The notes under the pieces are model-generated. The model was given only the letters and a program-made list of their open reading frames with translations, ran no database searches and had not been told where the DNA came from. A stretch of 64,000 nucleotides of DNA from Ichthyobacteriaceae bacterium. GTDB taxonomy: Bacteria; Bacteroidota; Bacteroidia; Flavobacteriales; JADGDT01. The stretch covers positions 12,302 through 76,301 of the forward strand of contig JADGDT010000002.1 in NCBI GenBank assembly GCA_016744755.1, written 5' to 3'. How positions within the stretch are numbered: position 1 is the stretch's first letter; each line of letters opens with the position of its first letter. Position numbers and translations under genes: made by a program. Below are positions 40,653-49,212 of the stretch, one piece after another.

Positions 40653-42653
40653 TTAGTTATAGCTAGGTAAACCATAAGTGATAGATTTTCCTTTCGCCAT
40701 TTCTATTCCGCTGTGTAGCCAATCTAAATAACCTTGTACATCTGTATCATAAACCTTAGGTTCTCCAAAAACTGCACCATCAGAATTTAATATTACATAG
40801 TAAGGTTGAGCATTGGTATTGAACATTTTTATTTGAAAATCGCTCCATTTATTACCAATAGTTCTAATCTTCTTACCTGTATTTTCAGAAATATATTGTT
40901 CTGATTCTGGCAACATTCTTTTATCATCGACATAAAGAGATATCAAAACCATATCATCACTAAGTACAGTTTTTACACTTGGATCACTCCAAACATTATC
41001 TTCCATTTTTCTACAGTTCACACATCCGTATCCTGTAAAATCAAGTAAAACAGGTTTATTTACTTCTTTAGCATATTTCAATCCTTCTTCATAATCATGA
41101 AAAGAAATAATATTTTGTGCTCCATAATGTGCATGCTCTGGCAACTCACCTTGAGAAGAACTTCCTCCTGCGCTACCTCCTACTCCAAATGGAGATTCAG
41201 CGTAATTTTTTGGAGGCGGAAAACCACTAATTAATTTTGTTGGTGCTCCCCATAAACCAGGAATCATATAAACTGTAAACGAAAGTACTGTTAAACCTAA
41301 AATCAATCTTGTAACCGATATATGATCTGTTGGTGAATCGTGTGGCAATTTCAATTTCCCTAATAAATAAAATCCTAAAGCTCCAAAGATCACAATCCAA
41401 ATTGCTAAGAACAATTCACGTTCTAGCAAGTGTAGTTGTAAAACCATATCAGCAATAGAAAGGAATTTGAAAGCAAAAGCTAATTCTAAGAAACCTAAAA
41501 CAACTTTTACTGAGTTCAACCATCCTCCAGATTTTGGTAAAGAATTCATCCACCCTGGGAAAGCAGCAAACAATCCGAATGGTAAAGCTAAAGCCATAGA
41601 AAAACCAAGCATTCCAACTATCGGCCCGACATAACCTCCGTTTACAGCAGCATCAACAAGTAAAGTCCCTACAATTGGTCCTGTACAAGAAAAAGAAACC
41701 AAGGCTAAAGTAAATGCCATAAAGAATATACCTATATATCCTCCTTTATCCGATTGTTTATCGGCAGCATTAAGCCATTTATTTGGCAATACAATTTCGA
41801 AAGCACCAAAGAAAGACATTGCAAAAACAACTAGCAACACAAAGAAAGCAAGGTTAAACCAAACATTGGTAGATAGAGCATTTAGGGCATCAGCACCAAA
41901 CATGGCTGATACTCCTACCCCTAGAATCACATAAATTCCAATTATCGATAACCCGTAAATTATTGCGTTTGAAATACCTTTAGCTTTTGTTTTACTTTGT
42001 TTAGTAAAATAACTAACCGTCATAGGAATCATTGGGAATACACAAGGTGTAAGCAATGCAGCAAATCCTCCTAAAAATGCTAAAAAGAATATTGAAATTA
42101 AACCCTTATTAGAACTAGATTTTTCTTTTTTATCAACCTTAGATACTTCTGTCTTTGTTTCTTCCTTGGTAGTGTTTTCAGAAGCTACAGCTTTACCCTC
42201 ACCTACTGTATAAGTGTTTTCTAAATAATCTGGAGGCAAACACTGAGTATCATCACAAGCCATCCATTCAACTTCGGCAACTATATCTAGCTTTCCACCA
42301 TTCAGTAATTTTATACGTTGAACAAAATCAACATCCTTACCAAAATATTTCAAGACCATATCGAAGTTTTTATCGTACTCCTCGTGAGGTTCGATAGAAG
42401 AAACTGGCTTACCTACTAATTCAAAACTAGTGCCTGCTCCTTTTATTGCAAATGTTGTAGAATTTGGACCTCCTTCAGGTAAATCCTGATCATACAAATG
42501 CCAACTCTGTTCTACTTTTGCATGGAATACCAAGTCATACTCAGTATCGCTAATTTTTTTTGTGGAAAAATCCCATTCTATTGGGTTAAATACTTGTGCA
42601 TATGAACTAATGGATAATAAGAGTCCAATTACTAAATTTAATAATACTTTCAT
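40653..42653 (-). CDS. dsbD: Thiol:disulfide interchange protein DsbD-like
   Basis: Membrane core with 'LTPCVFPMIP' and 'FSCTGPIVG', and a C-terminal thioredoxin domain 'GYGCVNCRKME'. Confidence 0.85.
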   Translation of the reverse strand: MKVLLNLVIGLLLSISSYAQVFNPIEWDFSTKKISDTEYDLVFHAKVEQSWHLYDQDLPEGGPNSTTFAIKGAGTSFELVGKPVSSIEPHEEYDKNFDMVLKYFGKDVDFVQRIKLLNGGKLDIVAEVEWMACDDTQCLPPDYLENTYTVGEGKAVASENTTKEETKTEVSKVDKKEKSSSNKGLISIFFLAFLGGFAALLTPCVFPMIPMTVSYFTKQSKTKAKGISNAIIYGLSIIGIYVILGVGVSAMFGADALNALSTNVWFNLAFFVLLVVFAMSFFGAFEIVLPNKWLNAADKQSDKGGYIGIFFMAFTLALVSFSCTGPIVGTLLVDAAVNGGYVGPIVGMLGFSMALALPFGLFAAFPGWMNSLPKSGGWLNSVKVVLGFLELAFAFKFLSIADMVLQLHLLERELFLAIWIVIFGALGFYLLGKLKLPHDSPTDHISVTRLILGLTVLSFTVYMIPGLWGAPTKLISGFPPPKNYAESPFGVGGSAGGSSSQGELPEHAHYGAQNIISFHDYEEGLKYAKEVNKPVLLDFTGYGCVNCRKMEDNVWSDPSVKTVLSDDMVLISLYVDDKRMLPESEQYISENTGKKIRTIGNKWSDFQIKMFNTNAQPYYVILNSDGAVFGEPKVYDTDVQGYLDWLHSGIEMAKGKSITYGLPSYN

Positions 42654-42926
42654 TTTATATAATTAATTTGTGTTTTTATATACTATTCAAGTCATACAAA
42701 GTCAAGAAACTGTAGAATAGTAGAACAATAGTTTGTGATAAAATTAATTAGTCGCAAATAAAAAGAAATAATTACAAATTACATCTTAATAAAGTATTAA
42801 ATATCATGCGATAGGTATCGTTCATCATTATTTTAACATTGCTTTTTATCAAAAAAAAACTATTAATCACTATAAAAGTTTGATGCAAAATCTTTATTTG
42901 TATTTTTGCTTTCACAAACAAAATTT

Positions 42927-45341
42927 ATGGCCAAAAAGAAAGCTCCCAAAAAAAAGAAAATCTCATTAAAAGATAGATTTTCTTCATATAAAAATTTCCA
43001 TCTAATTATAGGTATCTCACTGATACTCATATCTATTTCATTACTAATTTCATTTTCATCTTACCTTTGGAATTGGCAATCAGATCAATCGGTGCTTTCT
43101 GATTTTTGGAATAAAGACATCAAAGTTAATAACCTCCTTGGGAAAGTTGGTGCAAACTTGGGGCATATTTTCCTTTACAAGTGGTTTGGTATTGCATCTT
43201 TTATATTTGTTTATCTAGTAGGAAAAGCTGGATTAATAATTTCTCTAAAATTAGATTCTACAAATTATATAAAAAATCTTTTCAAAAACCTTATTCTTGT
43301 TTTGTGGTTATCTATAGCTTTAGGGTTTTTCTTTGATGCATTGCCTATTTTAGGAGGTATTTTCGGATACGAAATAAATGACTTTTCTACTATTTACATT
43401 GGAAACATTGGTGTAGCAATAATATTATTTTTCTCATTAGTAGCTTGGCTTGTTGTCCGATTCAATATTACACCTCACACAATTAACGAAAAGCTATTCA
43501 ATGCTAAAGATTCTTTAGATAGTTGGAAATCAAAAAAAGAAGTTGAAACTCATGATTCTTTTGGAACAGGAATAAACAACAATAGCTTAATTGATGATGA
43601 TTTTGACATTGTTGTTAATAATAAGGAATCCAAAGTTGAAACTAGTGATGAATTAATTATTGAGACTAAAGAAATAGACGCTTTTGACGAAATTCCGAAA
43701 TGTCCGATTAAAGAAGATATTGATGTTGAAACTGGCGATTTAGAAATTGAAGCTCCACAAGAAGAAGAAGTTGTTGAAGAAATTAAACACAATGAACTAA
43801 GTGATAAAGAGCTTGCAGAGCAACTAGTAGATGAGTTTGGAGAATATGACCCTGGATTAGAATTATCTCATTATCAATATCCAGAGCTTCAGCATTTAGT
43901 TGAATACGACAACGAAAACATAAGTATAGATAGAGCGGAACTTGAACTTAATAAAAATAGAATTGTAGAAACCCTAAACAATTACAAAATTGAGATTGCT
44001 AAGATTAAAGCAACCATAGGCCCAACAGTTACTCTTTACGAAATTATACCTGCTCCAGGTGTTAGAATTTCTAAAATTAAAAACCTAGAGGATGATATTG
44101 CTTTAAGTCTATCAGCTCTAGGTATTCGTATAATTGCTCCAATTCCTGGCAAAGGAACAATTGGTATTGAAGTTCCAAATAAGAAACCCACAATAGTTTC
44201 TATGAAATCTGTTTTGGCTTCTAACAACTTCCAAACCTCAGAAATGGATCTTCCTTTGGCTTTAGGGAAAACAATATCTAACACTACTTTTGTTGTTGAC
44301 CTAGCAAAAATGCCTCACCTACTTGTTGCTGGTGCTACCGGACAAGGTAAGTCTGTTGGACTAAATGCCATCATGACTTCATTGCTTTACAAAAAACATC
44401 CATCGGAATTGAAGTTTGTTTTGGTAGATCCTAAAAAAGTAGAGCTTACTTTATTCAACAAGGTAGAAAGACATTATTTAGCTAAACTCCCTGATTCTGA
44501 TGAGGCAATTATTACTGATACTCACAAAGTAATTAACACCCTTAACTCACTGTGTATAGAGATGGACGATAGGTATGAATTATTGAAAAATGCCTACGTT
44601 AGAAATATAAAAGAATACAACACAAAATTCAAACAAAGGAAACTTAATCCTAATGATGGTCATAAATTCTTACCATACATAGTTTTAATTATTGATGAAT
44701 TTGCCGATTTGATAATGACAGCTGGTAAAGAAGTAGAAACACCTATTGCCCGTCTAGCTCAGCTTGCTCGTGCCATTGGAATTCACTTAGTAGTTGCAAC
44801 TCAACGACCATCGGTAAATGTGATTACTGGTATTATTAAAGCCAATTTCCCTGCGAGACTTGCATTCAGAGTTTCATCTAAAATTGACTCTCGTACTATA
44901 CTAGATGCAGGTGGTGCCGATCAACTTATTGGTAAAGGAGATATGCTTTTCACTAGTGGTAACGAAATGGTAAGATTGCAATGTGCCTTTGTTGATACAC
45001 CTGAAGTAGAAAGTATTACTAACTACATTGGAGATCAAAAAGGATATGCCGAAGCATATATGTTGCCAGAATATGTAGGCGATGAAAACACAGGAACTAC
45101 TGACATTGATATTAATGATAGAGATGCTAAATTTGAAGAGGCTGCTAGGCTGATAGTAAATGCTCAACAGGGTTCGGCATCATTATTGCAAAGAAAATTA
45201 AAATTGGGATACAACCGTGCAGGTAGAATTGTTGATCAATTAGAAGCTGCCGGAATCATAGGCCCTTTCGAGGGTTCTAAAGCAAGACAGGTACTTGTAC
45301 CAGACGAGGCATCTCTTCAAAATTTATTAAACAACGAATAG
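42927..45341 (+). CDS. ftsK: DNA translocase FtsK/SpoIIIE
   Basis: N-terminal TM segments, Walker A 'GATGQGKSV', Walker B 'LIIDEFADL', and a gamma domain 'SASLLQRKLKLGYNRAGRIVDQLE'. The ATG at 42927 is preferred. Confidence 0.9.
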   Translation: MAKKKAPKKKKISLKDRFSSYKNFHLIIGISLILISISLLISFSSYLWNWQSDQSVLSDFWNKDIKVNNLLGKVGANLGHIFLYKWFGIASFIFVYLVGKAGLIISLKLDSTNYIKNLFKNLILVLWLSIALGFFFDALPILGGIFGYEINDFSTIYIGNIGVAIILFFSLVAWLVVRFNITPHTINEKLFNAKDSLDSWKSKKEVETHDSFGTGINNNSLIDDDFDIVVNNKESKVETSDELIIETKEIDAFDEIPKCPIKEDIDVETGDLEIEAPQEEEVVEEIKHNELSDKELAEQLVDEFGEYDPGLELSHYQYPELQHLVEYDNENISIDRAELELNKNRIVETLNNYKIEIAKIKATIGPTVTLYEIIPAPGVRISKIKNLEDDIALSLSALGIRIIAPIPGKGTIGIEVPNKKPTIVSMKSVLASNNFQTSEMDLPLALGKTISNTTFVVDLAKMPHLLVAGATGQGKSVGLNAIMTSLLYKKHPSELKFVLVDPKKVELTLFNKVERHYLAKLPDSDEAIITDTHKVINTLNSLCIEMDDRYELLKNAYVRNIKEYNTKFKQRKLNPNDGHKFLPYIVLIIDEFADLIMTAGKEVETPIARLAQLARAIGIHLVVATQRPSVNVITGIIKANFPARLAFRVSSKIDSRTILDAGGADQLIGKGDMLFTSGNEMVRLQCAFVDTPEVESITNYIGDQKGYAEAYMLPEYVGDENTGTTDIDINDRDAKFEEAARLIVNAQQGSASLLQRKLKLGYNRAGRIVDQLEAAGIIGPFEGSKARQVLVPDEASLQNLLNNE

Positions 45342-45386
45342 TATTATTTCTTAATTTTGGAAATAGTAAATCAAAAATGAAACAAC

Positions 45387-46025
45387 ATGAAAAAAATAAG
45401 TTTTATAATCGCATTAGTAAGTTTCACTACAACAATATTTGCTCAGGATAAAGGTGCTGAACTTTTAAACAAAGTGAGTGCTAAGACTAACGGCTACAAC
45501 GATATTGAAATTGCATTCAGTTACAATATGGATAACAATGTAGAAGATATTCATCAATCAAAAAAAGGAAATGCTCTTATTCAAAAAGATAAATTCCAGA
45601 TAAGTTTAGATGGACTTGTTATTATTTTTGATGGTGCAAAAAGATATACTATACTAGAAGATGAAGTTACTATTTCTAGTGATGACGATGAATCTGGCAT
45701 AAGTAATCCTACACAAATTCTAAATATGTACAAGGATGGATACGTAATAAAATGGGATATAGAACAAAAAGTCCCTGGTAAAACTATTCAGTATGTTAGG
45801 TTGATTCCTATTGATTCCGATTCCGAATATCAATATATTCTTATTGGAAGCGATATTGTTACCAACGATTTGTACAATGTTATTTATACAGATAAACAAG
45901 GGACTCAGTTTAAGCTACAAATTAATAGTCTTAAAGGAAATGGAAATTTACCTGATTCACTATTTATGTTTGATAAGAGTAAATATCCAGAACCAGAGTA
46001 CTTATACACAGATTTAGATGAATAA
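45387..46025 (+). CDS. lolA: LolA-like outer-membrane lipoprotein carrier protein
   Basis: Signal peptide, ~210 aa, and the conserved ftsK-lolA gene order of Bacteroidota. The sequence pattern is weak, so context supplies part of the support. Confidence 0.6.
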   Translation: MKKISFIIALVSFTTTIFAQDKGAELLNKVSAKTNGYNDIEIAFSYNMDNNVEDIHQSKKGNALIQKDKFQISLDGLVIIFDGAKRYTILEDEVTISSDDDESGISNPTQILNMYKDGYVIKWDIEQKVPGKTIQYVRLIPIDSDSEYQYILIGSDIVTNDLYNVIYTDKQGTQFKLQINSLKGNGNLPDSLFMFDKSKYPEPEYLYTDLDE

Positions 46026-46138
46026 TGTTTAAGTAATAAACATTAGCTTTGCCGATGAATATTATTGATATAGTATACTCAATTTCACATAACAAAATTC
46101 AAAAGGAGTTTTAGTTTTTCCACTTGTAATTATAGTAA

Positions 46139-47689
46139 ATGAAAAAATTAAACAGTTACATTCTAAAATCGTATGCATCTCCATTTGTTGCTACGTTTTT
46201 TTTAGTATTATTTTTTCTAATAATGCAGTTCTTTTGGCTGTATGTTGATGATTTAATTGGTAAAGGTTTGAGTTTTTGGGTAATAATAAAATTACTCTAC
46301 TACATTTCTTTCTCTTTAGTTCCAATGGCTCTTCCTCTTGCAATTCTGCTTTCGAGTATAATGACATTTGGTAATTTATCTGAAAACTACGAGTTGGCTG
46401 CAATGAAATCAGCTGGTGTATCTCTATATCGAATTATGAGGCCTCTTATAGTTTTGATGATGATAATGGCTGTTCTTACTTTTTATTTTTCGAATTATGC
46501 CGTGCCATACGCAAATTTTAAAAGTAAAAATTTACTGTACAACATCACAAAACAAAAACCTTCTCTTAATCTTAAAGAAGGAATTTTCAATACAAGTATT
46601 CCTGGTTTTAGTATTAGAATAAAGGAAAAAAATGGAGAAGATGATCAATTTATAAAAGATGTAATTATCTACGACCACAATTCGGGCAAAGGAAATAGCA
46701 AAAGTATTACAGCCAAAAAAGGGGAAATGGATTTAGCAGGCGGTGGTAAATATCTTAAACTTACCCTTTTTGATGGATACATGTTTGAAGAAGCTTCAAA
46801 TATGAAAAAGAAAAAAGATAAGAAACGTCAACCTTTCACCAAAACACAGTTTAGTAAAGACATAGTTTATATTGATTTATCGTCATTCAACATGGATAAT
46901 ATTAATGATGAGAATTTCTCAAACAACTATGCCATGATGAATATAAACCAGTTGGATGTAGCGATAGATTCTTTACAGATAAAGTACAACGAAACAAAAA
47001 CTAATTACGACAAAAAAGTAAGGTCTAAGCTTAGATTTAGTGCATTAGAAATTGACTCTACTAACGAAGAAATAGCAAAAACTAATTTTGCAAAAAACAT
47101 TAAATTACTTGAAATAGATACTTTAACTGAAGATGAAAAATTACTTTCTACAAATATAATTTTATCTCATTTCAACGATAATAAACGTAAGAAAGAAGAC
47201 GTAATAAGCGCATCTATAAATCAAGCAAGAAAGATGTCGGATTACCTAGGAGAGGTTAAAAAAACACAGAATTACAGAAGAGAAAATATTGCAAAACACA
47301 TAATGGAAATACATAGAAAATACGCTTTTTCTTATGTGTGTATAGTTATGTTTTTCATTGGAGCACCACTTGGGGCTATTATCCGTAAAGGTGGATTAGG
47401 AATGCCTGTGGTTGTAGCAATTGTAATATTTATTTTCTACCACGTAATGTCTTTATCTGCCGAAAAACTAGGTAGGGCTGGTGAGTTATCCCCTTTCTGG
47501 TCTAGGTGGGGGCCGGCATTTATACTTACTCCTTTTGGCCTTTTACTTACTAGAAAAGCAACAACCGATTCTGCAATTTTCAATTCTGAACTCTACTTTA
47601 AACCGCTTTACAAATTCCTTGGCTTATTGAAAAGGAAGAAAGAGGAAAAGAAAAAAGCAAAAGAGAATAATGAAAGCAACCAACAATAA
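46139..47689 (+). CDS. LptF/LptG family LPS export permease
   Basis: YjgP/YjgQ-type topology: three N-terminal TM segments, a large periplasmic insert, and three C-terminal TM segments. Confidence 0.7.
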   Translation: MKKLNSYILKSYASPFVATFFLVLFFLIMQFFWLYVDDLIGKGLSFWVIIKLLYYISFSLVPMALPLAILLSSIMTFGNLSENYELAAMKSAGVSLYRIMRPLIVLMMIMAVLTFYFSNYAVPYANFKSKNLLYNITKQKPSLNLKEGIFNTSIPGFSIRIKEKNGEDDQFIKDVIIYDHNSGKGNSKSITAKKGEMDLAGGGKYLKLTLFDGYMFEEASNMKKKKDKKRQPFTKTQFSKDIVYIDLSSFNMDNINDENFSNNYAMMNINQLDVAIDSLQIKYNETKTNYDKKVRSKLRFSALEIDSTNEEIAKTNFAKNIKLLEIDTLTEDEKLLSTNIILSHFNDNKRKKEDVISASINQARKMSDYLGEVKKTQNYRRENIAKHIMEIHRKYAFSYVCIVMFFIGAPLGAIIRKGGLGMPVVVAIVIFIFYHVMSLSAEKLGRAGELSPFWSRWGPAFILTPFGLLLTRKATTDSAIFNSELYFKPLYKFLGLLKRKKEEKKKAKENNESNQQ

Positions 47690-47704
47690 TAAGTTTTGAT
47701 AACT

Positions 47705-48847
47705 ATGTCAACAGAACAAAATAAAAAAAGGAAGCTCAATACAATCGCTGAGGCTATAGAAGATATAAAAGCTGGAAAAGTTATAATTGTAGTTGATGAT
47801 GAGGACAGAGAAAATGAAGGAGATTTTGTAGCCGCAGCTGAAAATATTTCTCCAGAAATAATAAATTTTATGGCTACTCATGGTCGTGGACTTATCTGTA
47901 TGCCATTAACAGAACAAAGAGCGACTGAGCTTGATCTAAACATGATGGTTGGAAATAATACCGATCCTAAAGAAACGGCTTTTACTGTTTCTGTTGATCT
48001 CCTTGGACATGGTGTTACAACAGGTATTTCTGCTGGAGACAGAGCTTTAACTGTACAAGCAATGGTTGATGAAAAGACAAAACCATCAGATCTAAGCCGT
48101 CCAGGGCATATATTTCCTTTAAAAGCTAAAAGTGGTGGTGTATTACGTAGAACAGGTCATACCGAAGCAGCTATAGATTTTGCACGTTTGGCTGGTCTAA
48201 AACCCGCTGGTGTTATTTGCGAAATAATGAATGAAGATGGTTCTATGGCAAGAGTACCTCAACTACTGGATGTAGCCGAAAAATTTGATCTTAAAATGGT
48301 TTCTATCGAAGATTTAGTCGCTTACCGTATGCGCCACGATTCGTTGATAGAGAAAGTTGAAGAGTACGATTTAAAAACTCTTTTAGGTGATTTCCACCTT
48401 AGAGCTTACCGCCAAACAAACAATGGACAGGTACACATTGCACTTACAAAAGGTACTTGGGAATTAGGAGATACGGTAACTGTTAGAGTTAACCCTAGCT
48501 CAATCAACAACGATTTACTTGGTTACCTTACCAACGATTGTGAATCGCAACTAAATAAGGTTCTTAATCTTATAAATTCTGAGGAAAAATCAGCTATTGT
48601 TTTTGTTAATCAAGACAATAAACCTAATAACTTACTCTCTAGAATTTCTGAACTTAAGAGTATTCAGGGAAATGGAGAAATGGGTGCTCCAAGTTTAAAA
48701 TTCGATGATAAAGATTATGGAATTGGTGCCCAAATTTTACACGATTTAGATATAAATAAAATTAAACTTATTTCTAATAATATTCCTCTAAAACGTGTTG
48801 GTATGATTGGGTACGGATTGGAAATTGTTGAAAATATTGAATACTAG
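47705..48847 (+). CDS. ribBA: 3,4-dihydroxy-2-butanone-4-phosphate synthase with a degenerate GTP cyclohydrolase II-like C-terminal domain
   Basis: 'DDEDRENEGDFV', 'RTGHTEAA'. The C-terminal half aligns to RibA but lacks most of the zinc cysteines. Confidence 0.85.
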   Translation: MSTEQNKKRKLNTIAEAIEDIKAGKVIIVVDDEDRENEGDFVAAAENISPEIINFMATHGRGLICMPLTEQRATELDLNMMVGNNTDPKETAFTVSVDLLGHGVTTGISAGDRALTVQAMVDEKTKPSDLSRPGHIFPLKAKSGGVLRRTGHTEAAIDFARLAGLKPAGVICEIMNEDGSMARVPQLLDVAEKFDLKMVSIEDLVAYRMRHDSLIEKVEEYDLKTLLGDFHLRAYRQTNNGQVHIALTKGTWELGDTVTVRVNPSSINNDLLGYLTNDCESQLNKVLNLINSEEKSAIVFVNQDNKPNNLLSRISELKSIQGNGEMGAPSLKFDDKDYGIGAQILHDLDINKIKLISNNIPLKRVGMIGYGLEIVENIEY

Positions 48848-48895
48848 TTGCAGGTTGCAGGTTGCAGGTTGCAGGTTGCAGGTTGCAGGTTGCAG
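48847..48895. repeat. Perfect heptamer array (GTTGCAG)7
   Basis: 49 bp counted by hand. The first G is the last base of the ribBA TAG stop codon. Confidence 0.98.
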
Positions 48896-48903
48896 GCAAA
48901 ATT

Positions 48904-48945
48904 AAAAACTTGACTTGAACAAATTGTTTATGTCAAGTTTTTTTG
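48904..48945 (+). terminator. Rho-independent terminator of ribBA
   Basis: aaaaacttgac ... gtcaagttttttt. Confidence 0.75.
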
Positions 48946-49212
48946 TGGGAAAATTAAAATTAACTGAGAGTAAATTTATTTTCCACACAGATAAGGGTGG
49001 GATTTTAATAGTATGGCGTAATTAATAATATACCCTTGACGGTTAGCTTTGCTAATTTAGTATGTTTTTTAAGCAACTAGTCAGTACAATCGTAATACCT
49101 CACACTATTTGAAATGAAATTTAAAGAGAGTTTTTATAAAAATGTGGCATAATTAATTTGTATCGTTTTTATTAGGTAGTCCACTTTTTTCATTTTGATT
49201 TAGTTTTATTTA

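Noticed and set aside
47640-47705. Looked for an FMN riboswitch upstream of ribBA.
   Set aside because: Only about 15 nt separate the upstream lptF/G-like gene from the ribBA start, which leaves no room for a riboswitch.
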